From a virus: a DNA stretch of 42,166 nucleotides. The notes beneath the pieces are model-generated. The model did not search any database. It was not told where the DNA came from and saw only the letters and a list, made by a program, of their open reading frames with translations. The position numbers and the translations under genes are program-made. The stretch is taken from IMG/VR virus record IMGVR_UViG_2554235236_000002. The stretch is one strand, 5' to 3'. Below, one piece after another: positions 27,603 through 37,398 of the stretch (the stretch's first letter is position 1; the number at the start of each line of letters is the position of its first letter).

Positions 27603-28284
27603 CGAAATTATGATTCAAAAAGACGGGAAGTTTCAATTCGAGAAGGACAGGGAAGCTGTGCACAGTTATTTTGTTGACTATGTTAATCAAAACACTGTTT
27701 TCTTTCACGATCTCAAAGAAAAGCTGGACTATCTTTTAGAGAATGATTATTACGAAGAAGAGTTTTTAAGCAAATATACATTTGAACAGATTAAAGAAGT
27801 GTTCAAATTGGCGTATAGCTTCAAATTCAGATTCCCTTCATTCATGAGCGCTTTTAAGTTTTACAATGACTATGCCTTGAAGACAAATGATAAAACGAAA
27901 ATTCTTGAACGATATGAAGATCGAGTAAGTATTGTTGCTTTGTTTTTCGCCAATGGGGATGTTGAAAAAGCAAAAGAATTCACTTCACTTATGATGAAAC
28001 AAGAATATCAACCATCAACACCTACTTTTCTTAATGCAGGACGAAAAAGAAGAGGAGAAATGGTCAGTTGCTTCTTGCTTGAGGTTAATGATTCATTGAA
28101 TGACATTTCAAGAGCAGTTGATATTTCAATGCAGTTATCTAAGCTTGGTGGTGGTGTTGCACTTAATCTGAGCAAGATTCGAGCAAAAGGTGAGCCAATT
28201 AAAGAAGTTGAAAATGCTACAAAAGGCGTTGTAGGCGTAATGAAACTGCTCGATAACGCTTTTCGGTATGCAGACCAGATGGGT
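27559..28284 (+). CDS. nrdE: Ribonucleotide reductase alpha subunit, exon 1
   Basis: PSTPTFLNAG, SCF, GGGV; ends ...YADQMG. Confidence 0.93.
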
Positions 28285-29231
28285 TAATTTGGCCCCTTTC
28301 GTCAGCAATGGCGATCGAAAACCTCTTTAATTCATGGGAACTCCCCAAGATACGGGTTTGGGTCAAATTCAAACCAAAATAAAGGGGGACGATCATGAGC
28401 GAAGCAAGACGGCCACACAACAAATTAGATATCGATGAGGAATTTATTCGCAAAAATTATTACATAATGAGTGCAAGAGAAATTGGTGAGGTTTTAGGTG
28501 TATCGCGGGAAGCAATAAATCATCGAGTAATTAAAATGGGATTACGAAAGACACAAATACCTTTCAAGAAAAGAGAGGGAGAAATATTAGTCCCAATACA
28601 AGAGCTTCCCAACTACGGGGTCACAAATCACAGCCGAGTAGTCAATCTAAAACGCATGACTTTAGTTAAAACGAAAATTGATTGTGAGGGTTATGTTAAA
28701 GTGACTCTTAATAAAAACGGTAAAGCTGTTGACAGACGTGTTCACCGTTTAGTAGCACTTCATTTCATACCTAACCCGAATAATTTACCGCAAGTTAATC
28801 ATATTGACGGAGATAAGTCAAATCCAAGTATTAATAATCTTGAATGGGTGACAGCAAAAGGAAATGCTCAACACGCCTTAAAACATGGGTTGATTCGTGT
28901 TGGTGAAAAAAGCCCAAATGCTACAATTACTGAAAAACAGGCACTATCAATTTTAAAAGATTTTCAAAACGGTATGACTATTTCTGAGGTAAGAAAAGCT
29001 CACCCATATGCGAGTAAATCAATTGTCGATAAAATTTGTCAGAGGCAAAGGTGGAAACACCTTGATAAAACGTCTTGAACGTGCAACGACTAGCCGGAAG
29101 GCGTAGGCTACAAGCGATTGGTAGCCGAAACAGGAGGCATCCCAATGGGATGAAGATATAGTCTAATCTTCGTGGTAACATGAAGCTGCCGAAAGGCGGG
29201 GCGTGTGTAGCGAACACGTCCGAATAGTCTG
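28285..29231 (+). ncRNA. Group I self-splicing intron (947 nt) in nrdE
   Basis: Exon ends in U, intron ends in G; joining restores ADQMG|QRQGSGAAYL; P1 GGGU/GCCC; core elements AATTCATGGGAA, GATCATGAGCGAAG, GCAACGACTA, AAGATATAGTCT. Confidence 0.93.
28395..29078 (+). CDS. Intron-encoded HNH homing endonuclease
   Basis: VHRLVA..F, VNHIDGDKSNP...NLEWVT...N..H; HTH-like termini. Confidence 0.92.
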   Translation: MSEARRPHNKLDIDEEFIRKNYYIMSAREIGEVLGVSREAINHRVIKMGLRKTQIPFKKREGEILVPIQELPNYGVTNHSRVVNLKRMTLVKTKIDCEGYVKVTLNKNGKAVDRRVHRLVALHFIPNPNNLPQVNHIDGDKSNPSINNLEWVTAKGNAQHALKHGLIRVGEKSPNATITEKQALSILKDFQNGMTISEVRKAHPYASKSIVDKICQRQRWKHLDKTS

Positions 29232-30611
29232 CAAAGACAAGGATCAGGAGCTGCTTATCTTAATGTTTTTCATCCAGACATTAATGACTTCCTTGATACC
29301 AAAAAAATCTCAGCAGATGAGGATGTTAGGGCAAAAACCTTATCAATTGGTGTAGTTATACCAAATAAATTTATTGAACTTGCTAGGGAAGACAAGGACT
29401 TCTACATGTTTTATCCCTATTCAGTCTATAAGGAATACGGACAACATTTAGACGAAATGGATATTACAAAAATGTATGACAAACTGGTGGAAAACCCAAA
29501 AGTCAGAAAGAAAAAAGCGAACGCCCGTAAACTATTAGAAAAGCTTGCATTGTTACGATCAGAGTCAGGGTATCCTTACCTGATGTTTGCCGACAATGTA
29601 AATCGATTCCACGCGAACAGTCATGTTTCGAAGGTTAAATTTTCTAACCTTTGTAGTGAGGTTCTACAATCCTCCAAAGTATCAACGTATACAGACTATG
29701 GCGAAGAGGACGAAATTGGCTTGGACATTTCATGTAATCTAGGCTCGATTAATATCTTCAACGTAATGAAGAACGATTCAATTAAGAATACAGTTAAATT
29801 AGCTATTGATGCATTGACTCATGTATCGAATAAAACCAATATTACAAATGCTCCAGCAGTTGCTAAGGCAAATAAGCTTATGAGGTCAGTTGGGCTTGGA
29901 GCAATGAATCTGCACGGTTTCTTAGCTCAAAATGGTATTGCCTACGAAAGTGAGGAAGCGAGGGACTTCGCGAACACTTTCTTTATGATGATGAACTTTT
30001 ATTCTCTTGAGCGTTCAATGGAAATCGCCAAAGAAGCCGGGGAAACATATTACCAGTTTGAAGGCTCTACATACAAATCAGGTGAATATTTCAAGAAATA
30101 CGAAGAACAAAGCTTTAGTCCAAAGTTTGAAAAGGTAAAAAAACTGTTTGGGCAACAGCATATTCCAACAATTGAAGATTGGAAGCAGCTTAAACAAGCT
30201 GTGATGAAGTATGGCTTATATCATTCTTATAGACAAGCAATAGCTCCTACAGGAAGCATCTCATATGTTCAATCCTCAACAGCTGGTGTCATGCCGATCA
30301 TGGAGCGGATTGAAGAAAGAACATACGGCAACTCCAAGACGTACTATCCGATGCCTGGACTTGCGCCGAGCAACTGGTTCTACTATAAAGAAGCGTATGA
30401 TATGGACATGTTCAGAGTTGTCGACATGATCTCGACGATTCAGCAGCACGTTGACCAAGGCATAAGCTTTACATTGTTCCTGAAAGATACAATGACGACA
30501 CGCGATCTGAACCGAATTGACTTGTACGCTCATCACAAAGGGATCAAGACGTTGTACTATGCGCGGACAAAAGACACGGGGCAGGAAGGCTGCCTATCAT
30601 GTGTGGTTTAA
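29232..30611 (+). CDS. nrdE: Ribonucleotide reductase alpha subunit, exon 2
   Basis: FSNLCSE, SCNLGS, APTGSIS, KTLYY, CLSC; spliced length 701 aa. Confidence 0.93.
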   Translation, partial: QRQGSGAAYLNVFHPDINDFLDTKKISADEDVRAKTLSIGVVIPNKFIELAREDKDFYMFYPYSVYKEYGQHLDEMDITKMYDKLVENPKVRKKKANARKLLEKLALLRSESGYPYLMFADNVNRFHANSHVSKVKFSNLCSEVLQSSKVSTYTDYGEEDEIGLDISCNLGSINIFNVMKNDSIKNTVKLAIDALTHVSNKTNITNAPAVAKANKLMRSVGLGAMNLHGFLAQNGIAYESEEARDFANTFFMMMNFYSLERSMEIAKEAGETYYQFEGSTYKSGEYFKKYEEQSFSPKFEKVKKLFGQQHIPTIEDWKQLKQAVMKYGLYHSYRQAIAPTGSISYVQSSTAGVMPIMERIEERTYGNSKTYYPMPGLAPSNWFYYKEAYDMDMFRVVDMISTIQQHVDQGISFTLFLKDTMTTRDLNRIDLYAHHKGIKTLYYARTKDTGQEGCLSCVV

Positions 30612-30613
30612 AT

Positions 30614-30835
30614 GTGAGTTATCAGATACATTGTGCGCAAGGGAGCAAGGTAAGGTGCCTATACATAGATGTGTTTAGATTTCGCATCCTTACAGTTTAT
30701 AGTGACACGGAGTGGTACACAAAAGGAAAAACAAGAAAAGTTCCAGTGTGGATCAGCGATAATGGACTCTTCTTTTACAGGTTAGCTATCCGGATAGGGA
30801 TTCCAAAAACAAAAAGGAGGTGTTTTGATGATTAA
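30614..30835 (+). CDS. Basic hypothetical protein
   Basis: ORF between nrdE and nrdF; start uncertain. Confidence 0.5.
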   Translation: MSYQIHCAQGSKVRCLYIDVFRFRILTVYSDTEWYTKGKTRKVPVWISDNGLFFYRLAIRIGIPKTKRRCFDD

Positions 30836-31076
30836 TTTTACAAGCAAAGTTTTAGAAATTGCTACGCATTTTTCAGTGTTTTTAATTGTATTTTTAGGTT
30901 GTTTAGCTACCGTAATCATTCTCTTATGTCCAATTTGGCTACTGTTAAACAACATATTATACAAACGGACAAAAGCGTCTATTTATTTTGTATCTTACAT
31001 TAAAAACAGACATGCGTTTATGGAGTGGAAGAAAGAGAAAAAGACCAAGGTCTATAAGCCATCAATTAAAAAATAA
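30825..31076 (+). CDS. Small membrane protein
   Basis: Hydrophobic segment; RBS AAGGAGGTG. Confidence 0.75.
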   Translation: MMINFTSKVLEIATHFSVFLIVFLGCLATVIILLCPIWLLLNNILYKRTKASIYFVSYIKNRHAFMEWKKEKKTKVYKPSIKK

Positions 31077-31088
31077 AGAGGTGCAGAT

Positions 31089-31262
31089 GTGCGGAAGGTT
31101 AAAATCGAGGGCTACGTGATTTACAACGAGGACGAATTAATTCAAGGAACGTGTGTGACGCATGAAATCGATCATTGGTTATTCAACGAAGATTTTCCTC
31201 GCGAATGGTCTTTCAGTGCTGTATCAGACGAGGAAGTAGATTATGACGAGGAGGACGAATAA
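31089..31262 (+). CDS. Small acidic protein (57 aa)
   Basis: Manual translation MRKVKIEGYVIY...DEEDE; RBS AGAGGTG. Confidence 0.65.
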   Translation: MRKVKIEGYVIYNEDELIQGTCVTHEIDHWLFNEDFPREWSFSAVSDEEVDYDEEDE

Positions 31263-32243
31263 TTGACGCAATATACAGCGGCCAACTGGTCGCAGCACGA
31301 AGACGGATTCACACAAATGTTTTATGAACAGAACGTTAAGCAGTTTTGGCTCCCTGAAGAGATCGCACTTAACGGAGATTTGCTTACATGGAAATACTTA
31401 GGGAAAGATGAACAAGATACATATATGAAAGTGTTGGCCGGATTAACCTTACTAGACACAGAACAAGGGAATACTGGTATGCCTACAATCGCTGAGCATG
31501 TGAAAGGGCATCAGCGCAAAGCCGTCCTGAATTTCATGGCGATGATGGAGAACGCAGTCCATGCGAAATCCTATTCGAACATCTTCATGACGCTTGCGCC
31601 AACGGAGAAGATAACGGAACTGTTCGAATGGGTGAAGACGAATCGCTACTTGCAGCGGAAAGCCGCAATCATTGGCGGACTGTATAACGCGATTGAGGCA
31701 GGCGATGACATTTCGTTATACAAGGCGATGGTTGCATCTGTTTATCTCGAAAGCTTCCTATTCTACAGCGGCTTTTATTATCCGTTATATTTCTACGGTC
31801 AAGGAAAGCTGATGCAGTGCGGAGAGATTATCAACCTCATAATTCGGGACGAAGCGATTCACGGTGTTTATGTCGGTTTGCTTGCCCAGGAAATTTACAA
31901 CAAGAAAGACGAAGGCACGCAGCATCGACTTGAAATGTTTGCGTTAAGCCTCATCGAAGAACTCTATCGCAACGAGATCGCCTACACTGAAGAACTGTAT
32001 GATCAAGTCGGCCTCACACATGACGTTAAAAAATTCATCCGGTATAACGGAAACAAAGCGTTGTCCAATCTCGGATTCGATCCGTACTTTGAAGAAGAAG
32101 AGATCAATCCGATCGTGTTGAACGGGTTGAATACGAAAACGAAGTCACACGATTTCTTCTCAATGAAAGGGAACGGCTACAAAAAAGCATCAGTTGAACC
32201 GTTAAAGGATTCAGATTTTTATTTCGAGGAGGTATCACTATGA
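31263..32243 (+). CDS. nrdF: Ribonucleotide reductase beta subunit (uninterrupted)
   Basis: [33 protein letters not shown]. Confidence 0.95.
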   Translation: MTQYTAANWSQHEDGFTQMFYEQNVKQFWLPEEIALNGDLLTWKYLGKDEQDTYMKVLAGLTLLDTEQGNTGMPTIAEHVKGHQRKAVLNFMAMMENAVHAKSYSNIFMTLAPTEKITELFEWVKTNRYLQRKAAIIGGLYNAIEAGDDISLYKAMVASVYLESFLFYSGFYYPLYFYGQGKLMQCGEIINLIIRDEAIHGVYVGLLAQEIYNKKDEGTQHRLEMFALSLIEELYRNEIAYTEELYDQVGLTHDVKKFIRYNGNKALSNLGFDPYFEEEEINPIVLNGLNTKTKSHDFFSMKGNGYKKASVEPLKDSDFYFEEVSL

Positions 32244-32494
32244 TGAAATTAATCAAATTAGAACAGCCTTCATGCACCCCTTGTCAATTAGTCTCTAATT
32301 ATCTAAAAGAAAAAGGGATTGAATTTGAGGCGATTGATGTTACTGTACGGCCAGAAGTAGCAGCAGAGTATGGAGTGATGGGAGTCCCCGTCACTATCCT
32401 ACTCGATGGAGAAGGTAAAGAAGTAAAACGCAGCAGCGGTTTTAAGCCAAATGAATTAGATGAATTAATTTTTAAAATCGAAAACTATAAATAA
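32240..32494 (+). CDS. yosR: Thioredoxin/NrdH-like redoxin
   Basis: CTPC active site, GVP motif. Confidence 0.88.
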   Translation: MMKLIKLEQPSCTPCQLVSNYLKEKGIEFEAIDVTVRPEVAAEYGVMGVPVTILLDGEGKEVKRSSGFKPNELDELIFKIENYK

Positions 32495-32513
32495 TATGGT
32501 ATTTTTAATGAGA
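32486..32513. repeat. 28-bp boundary site, copy 13
   Basis: TATAAATAATA-TGGTAT-TTTTAATGAGA; contains the upstream stop codon. Confidence 0.65.
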
Positions 32514-32531
32514 ATTAAAAGGGGAGATTGA

Positions 32532-32918
32532 ATGTATTTCATTGAAAAACAAGAAGAATTAATCGGAAAAGAAATTGCTTATGTCTGGGCAAATCAGTTT
32601 TGTGAACAAACAACTATCATTACAAAAGATAAAGGTGTATTTATGGTTTGCCAAGAAGTTGGCTGGGACGATGGAGATAAAGAGACAAGAGTATTTTATG
32701 CACATGAAGCCAAGGAAATATTATATCCTCTTAGAAGAGAATTGCATACAAAAGGAATCATTGACGAATCTGAGTGGGGAGAATATGAAAAAGAATTGAA
32801 AAAGAAACAGGAAGCTGAAAGGGAAAGATTTCGTAAGAAACAAGAAGAAAGAGAACGTAAACAGTATGAGGAGTTGAAAGCAAAGTTTGAAAATCAGGCA
32901 GAGCCAATTAAGGATTAG
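32532..32918 (+). CDS. Hypothetical phage protein with charged C-terminal coil
   Basis: RBS AAGGGGAG. Confidence 0.85.
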   Translation: MYFIEKQEELIGKEIAYVWANQFCEQTTIITKDKGVFMVCQEVGWDDGDKETRVFYAHEAKEILYPLRRELHTKGIIDESEWGEYEKELKKKQEAERERFRKKQEERERKQYEELKAKFENQAEPIKD

Positions 32919-33023
32919 GGGGAATAAATAATATCTAAGTGGAAAGTTGATTTTTTTATTGAAGAATTAACCGATCTTGATTTTTTTTATCCAACTACTG
33001 TAAGCTCGCACACTAACTTAGAT

Positions 33024-33317
33024 TTGGATATTGTATTTGAAAGACTTATGGAATTAACGCTTGATTGCAAACTAACATTGAAGTTTGAATGGAGGACAGA
33101 GGAAGGCACTAAGATTCTTGATTTGGATAGAATCAATAATTTATTTAAATTAAAGAGGCATGATCAAATACCTCTACATGAATTATATCCTGTGTTCCAA
33201 ATTTCCGAAGAATATCAAAGACACTTAAATAAAAGGAGCTTGAAAAATGACACTACAAATCAAAATCAAATATGCAGACGAAAAACAAACGCGCATTTCA
33301 AAAATCGAACAGGGTGA
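33024..33317 (+). CDS. Possible degraded hypothetical ORF
   Basis: No clear RBS; overlaps dUTPase start. Confidence 0.3.
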   Translation: MDIVFERLMELTLDCKLTLKFEWRTEEGTKILDLDRINNLFKLKRHDQIPLHELYPVFQISEEYQRHLNKRSLKNDTTNQNQICRRKTNAHFKNRTG

Positions 33318-33681
33318 TTGGATTGATCTGAGGGCTGCGGAAGATGTATCTATTCCAAAGAATGAGTTTCAATTGATTCCTCTCGGAGTAGCGATGGAAT
33401 TGCCTGAAGGGTATGAAGCCCATGTCGTTCCTCGTTCAAGTACATATAAAAATTTCGGTATCATTCAGACAAATTCAATGGGTGTGATTGATGAGTCATA
33501 CAAAGGGGACGATGATTTCTGGTTCTTCCCAGCTTATGCGCTACGAGATACTGAAATTAAAAAAGGAGATCGGATTTGTCAATTCAGAATTATGAAGAAG
33601 ATGCCTGCAATTGAATTGGTCGAGGTAGATCATTTAGGTAACGAAAATCGCGGAGGGCACGGTTCAACGGGCACTAAGTAA
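33247..33681 (+). CDS. yosS: Trimeric dUTPase
   Basis: [27 protein letters not shown]. Confidence 0.95.
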   Translation: MTLQIKIKYADEKQTRISKIEQGDWIDLRAAEDVSIPKNEFQLIPLGVAMELPEGYEAHVVPRSSTYKNFGIIQTNSMGVIDESYKGDDDFWFFPAYALRDTEIKKGDRICQFRIMKKMPAIELVEVDHLGNENRGGHGSTGTK

Positions 33682-33776
33682 TTTATTAATTCCTAGATAA
33701 TGAGGATCTCTTTATCCTGAAACTTTGATAAAGCATTAACGTATTACATTATAGAGGGAATAAGGAGGTTGCTTAT

Positions 33777-33959
33777 ATGGGATTAAATTTCTTTGATATA
33801 GAGCTAATATGCTCTAACTGCGGAAAAACATTAAAATCAGGCGATGAGATAGTAGCTCATATTACACTTCCAAGTGAGAAGAAGATGCCTGTGGGGAGAA
33901 TGGACAGAGTGTTAAGCAAACACTCTGATAAGGTTTACTGTAAAAAGTGTAGCGAGTAG
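33777..33959 (+). CDS. Small zinc-binding protein
   Basis: CSNC...CKKC; RBS AAGGAGGT. Confidence 0.75.
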   Translation: MGLNFFDIELICSNCGKTLKSGDEIVAHITLPSEKKMPVGRMDRVLSKHSDKVYCKKCSE

Positions 33960-33962
33960 ATT

Positions 33963-33994
33963 TTCTGAGGAAGCCCATTAAAGCTTCCTCAGAA
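33963..33994. terminator. Bidirectional terminator
   Basis: TTCTGAGGAAGC-N8-GCTTCCTCAGAA. Confidence 0.8.
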
Positions 33995-34004
33995 CTAATA
34001 TTAA

Positions 34005-34169
34005 TCAATTTAAATTAGAGAAAAGCGAAATAGTAATGACTAAAGTTGATAAAGAGCCTAAAGACATCAAAGAGATCATTTTTCGTTTACTTTGCTCTTT
34101 TGAAGGTTTACTTAGCTCGTGGATGACTGCACCCCATAAAAGCATGGATGCCAAAATGATAATACTCAT
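34005..34169 (-). CDS. Small two-TM membrane protein (54 aa)
   Basis: Manual translation MSIIILASMLLWGAVIHELSK...LFSNLN; RBS AAAGGAG; converges on terminator. Confidence 0.7.
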   Translation of the reverse strand: MSIIILASMLLWGAVIHELSKPSKEQSKRKMISLMSLGSLSTLVITISLFSNLN

Positions 34170-34242
34170 GTCTAACGGAGCTCCTTTACTTATTTTTTAT
34201 AATTTTACCACATATAGGACAGAGATACCGATCTAATAAACA

Positions 34243-34270
34243 TCGCTATAAAAGAAGACTTTTATCGTAA
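34243..34270. repeat. 28-bp boundary site, copy 14
   Basis: TCGCTATAAAA-GAAGAC-TTTTATCGTAA. Confidence 0.75.
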
Positions 34271-34288
34271 TTGTTAAGGAGGTGCAAA

Positions 34289-34576
34289 ATGAAGAAGATA
34301 GATGAAATAAAGCAACACTTAGAAAAAATTAATAAGCTAGAACAAACATTGGTTGTTTTTGAGGAGTCAGACGAATTACACCTTGACGTGCTTCATAAAA
34401 TCCAGGGGGAATTTGATGAGATCAGTGATTTAGCTTTGAACGCTTTTCGAGAATTAACTGAAAAAATACGCAATGTAGGAAGCAAAACAATCAACACTAA
34501 AATTAAAGCTTTGCCCAATACAGTACAGAAAAGTGTCAAGGAGAATATGGATGAACTAATAAATGAATTAAAATGA
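34289..34576 (+). CDS. Helical hypothetical protein
   Basis: RBS AAGGAGGTG before ATG at 34289. Confidence 0.8.
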   Translation: MKKIDEIKQHLEKINKLEQTLVVFEESDELHLDVLHKIQGEFDEISDLALNAFRELTEKIRNVGSKTINTKIKALPNTVQKSVKENMDELINELK

Positions 34577-34577
34577 G

Positions 34578-35429
34578 GTGAGTAATATAGTTAACACCGC
34601 GGATACAGTTTTAAAATCAAATTTATATAAAATACTGTCCGAAGGCAAATCGGATAAAGGGCAAAAGATTCGACCTAAGTGGTCTGATGATACGCCAGCT
34701 TATACATTAAAATGCTTTGGAGTGTTGAATGAATATGATTTACAGAAAGAATTCCCTATTGCTACTCTAAGGCCAACGGCTTTTAAATCAGGGTTAAAAG
34801 AAATTCTCTGGATATACCAAGATAAATCAAACGATGTTCAGTTGCTTGAAGAAAAATATGGAGTTAAATATTGGCGTAGCTGGGCTAATGAAGATGGCAA
34901 TTTAGGGTTAGCTTATGGGAGACAGATGCAGTATGAGCACAAATACAAAGAAGGATACTTTAACCAGATTGACAGGTTGATTTGGGATCTGAAAAACAAC
35001 CCATACAGCAGACGAATCATTACAAATTTGTATAATCATCAAGATCTTCATGGAATGACGTTATATCCATGCGCTTTCTTGACAATGTGGGATTATGACG
35101 GAGAATTTTTAAACATGACCCTTGTCCAACGCTCGTCAGATTATCTTGTAGCAGGGAACATAAATGTAACTCAATATGCATTATTACAGCATATGATTGC
35201 ACAAGTTTGTGGTTATAAGCCAGGGAAATTTCATCACTATATTAACAACTTACATATCTATGACCGACATATCGAACAAGCCAAAGAAATTATTAACCGC
35301 GAATCCTTGGCAGCACCAAAGTTAGTAATAGATAATTCAATAAAGAATTTTTATGACTATAAACCTGAACACTTCATTCTTGAAGGGTATAGGCCACATA
35401 GCCAAATCAAACTTGAGGTAGCCTTATAA
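34578..35429 (+). CDS. thyA: Thymidylate synthase (ThyA/ThyP3 type)
   Basis: PYSRR, LYPC, QRSSD, HIYDRH. Confidence 0.95.
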   Translation: MSNIVNTADTVLKSNLYKILSEGKSDKGQKIRPKWSDDTPAYTLKCFGVLNEYDLQKEFPIATLRPTAFKSGLKEILWIYQDKSNDVQLLEEKYGVKYWRSWANEDGNLGLAYGRQMQYEHKYKEGYFNQIDRLIWDLKNNPYSRRIITNLYNHQDLHGMTLYPCAFLTMWDYDGEFLNMTLVQRSSDYLVAGNINVTQYALLQHMIAQVCGYKPGKFHHYINNLHIYDRHIEQAKEIINRESLAAPKLVIDNSIKNFYDYKPEHFILEGYRPHSQIKLEVAL

Positions 35430-35445
35430 AGAATGTAAAAAACAA

Positions 35446-35474
35446 TAGACAAACACAAATTAAAAGTATATAAT
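35446..35474 (+). promoter_or_regulatory. Conserved phage promoter, copy 4
   Basis: TAGACA-AACACAAATTAAAAGTA-TATAAT, identical to copy 1. Confidence 0.9.
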
Positions 35475-35573
35475 CAGGATGAGGTCGTTGCTCACCCTTT
35501 TTCTGTAGGATACATGGCAAAGGAGATGTTTCATTTATAAAACAAATTAAAAGTATTTTGAGGTGGTGAGAAA

Positions 35574-35939
35574 TTGAGTTCTGAAGCGAGTGACTTACAT
35601 AAGATTGAGCTGGCAGCAAAAAAAGTTGAATTAGAAAAAGAAAGTGAAACTCTTCAAGGGAAAATACTCGAAAAGGAACGTGACATACTACAACTCGAAA
35701 CTGAACAGGATAAAGAACAGCTTGATTTATTGCTTGAAATGAGTGAAGTTCTTCAGCAAATTGAAAATAAGAAATGGGTTAGTGCAACAATAGCTTTTAA
35801 GATTATTAGAAGCAATCCAGGAAAATACTCTGATTTATTTGAAATGAAAGATGGTAAAGCCTACATAGTAAATAAAAGATTCAAAGAATTAGAGCACGAA
35901 TTTTTCATAATAAAAGGTGAACTGAATGAAATTAAATGA
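35574..35939 (+). CDS. Coiled-coil hypothetical protein
   Basis: RBS GAGGTGG. Confidence 0.8.
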   Translation: MSSEASDLHKIELAAKKVELEKESETLQGKILEKERDILQLETEQDKEQLDLLLEMSEVLQQIENKKWVSATIAFKIIRSNPGKYSDLFEMKDGKAYIVNKRFKELEHEFFIIKGELNEIK

Positions 35940-35963
35940 AATAAACAAATTAAAAATATTTAA

Positions 35964-36188
35964 TTGAGGATGCGAAGGATGACAGAGAAGAAAGATTACG
36001 AAAGAATGAAGAGCGAAATTGCAGACCTACGCTGTGCCGTTGCCGGATTGATTTGGGAAAACAAGCAGTTGAAGAACGCGTTAAAATTAATTGAATCGAA
36101 GTCAGAGCTTCCCGAAAAGCCAGTCGATTTAGTTCCGATTACTGAGCTGTTCGAAATAAATTTACACGCGAAGGAGGCACTAAAATGA
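35964..36188 (+). CDS. Hypothetical protein
   Basis: ORF track; start probably at a downstream ATG. Confidence 0.7.
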   Translation: MRMRRMTEKKDYERMKSEIADLRCAVAGLIWENKQLKNALKLIESKSELPEKPVDLVPITELFEINLHAKEALK

Positions 36189-37290
36189 GCGAAATTAAAA
36201 AGTATGTGCGGATTAAGAGGGCGTATAGTAAAGGTGTCTGGTATGCAAACCAGATCGGGAGCGTCTTTCCTTCACTGGGAACATGGGAGAATGCATATAA
36301 AGTCAATAGTCCAGACAGGGCGTTGTATATTCGTCAAGAAGACGCCGAACTTATCGTCACAGAAAAGCGTCCGGCCAAAGTTGGCGAGCGTGTGTTGATT
36401 ACGAATAAATACGGAACTTCCGGTGAGTACAAAAACGGGGATATTTTAACCGCAGACCTGTGTATAGGGTATGCAATCACGACGAAGGAAGTTGATCTGA
36501 CGTTTATTTTTCATAGTGAATACGAAGTCATCGTCAATAACGAAGTTAAAAACGAGGGGGCTGACGAAATGGAAAATAAACTACTAATCGAAAATGCTAA
36601 AACAGTTTTTGAAAAGAAGGGCGATAAATACTTCGGCTATAAATCTCGTCTAGGCGATATTGTTATAGGTGGAAATTATTCTTATGCATTCGTAGTTCAT
36701 TACGCAAAAACAAATGAGGATGTTGTTATTATTCCGGGCGATGTTAATGCAGTCACAACACCAGTTTGCACAACAGAAGAAGAACGTCTGTGGAAGCCAG
36801 AAAAGACCGCCGGGATGAAATCGTTGTGCAGGCGAAGGCGGATATCAATGCGTTAAAAAATTATAATTTCTACGAAGTGTCTGACGCTGATGATCTCTAT
36901 AATCCCTATATTTGTACTGCGGAGTTTATCGTAAACAACCAAAAACGAACTGTTGTAGTATTATTGCGTGGTGCTAATTCGAGTAAAGTCTACGCAAGAG
37001 GAATCGCCAAGACCGCACCGGACGACTGCTTCAACGAACATATCGGAAAGGCTATCGCTCTCCACCGCGCACTTGGACTCGAAGTACCTGACGAATATCT
37101 TAACGCACCGCAACCGACTGAGGTTCGTGTGGGGGATGTTGTGAAGCACACTGTCACTTCAGAAATTGCGACGGTTATTGAAGATGATAGTTGGTCACCG
37201 TTAACAGGCGCTTATGTTTATCAGAGGGATGTTGAATCATCGCGTCGATATGCCCGCATTATTGACGACAGCCGGACGGAGGCGATTTAG
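36185..37290 (+). pseudogene. Frameshifted multidomain phage protein
   Basis: ORFs 36185..36856 and 36766..37290 overlap; protein-like sequence switches frame near 36805-36812. Confidence 0.6.
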
Positions 37291-37333
37291 ATCAGTTTTT
37301 AGGAGCTGACATCTATCTACTGACACAATTGAT

Positions 37334-37361
37334 TCTGTATGAAATCTGTATTTTATTTAGA
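37334..37361. repeat. 28-bp boundary site, copy 15
   Basis: TCTGTATGAAA-TCTGTA-TTTTATTTAGA. Confidence 0.8.
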
Positions 37362-37375
37362 TTAAGACACAAAAA

Positions 37376-37398
37376 ATGAAGAGGGTTAACCTCTTCAT
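37376..37398 (-). terminator. Intrinsic terminator
   Basis: ATGAAGAGG-GTTAA-CCTCTTCAT with U-tract on the minus strand. Confidence 0.75.

Noticed and set aside
29406-30611. nrdE as a split pseudogene or a standalone 401-aa gene
   Set aside because: Explained by the group I intron; exon 2 starts in frame at 29232.
27559-30611. Intein in NrdE (also checked in DnaE and DnaB)
   Set aside because: Lengths are normal and no intein terminal or LAGLIDADG blocks are visible.
34036-34236. 66-aa plus-strand ORF
   Set aside because: Shadow of the better-supported minus-strand membrane protein gene 34005..34169.
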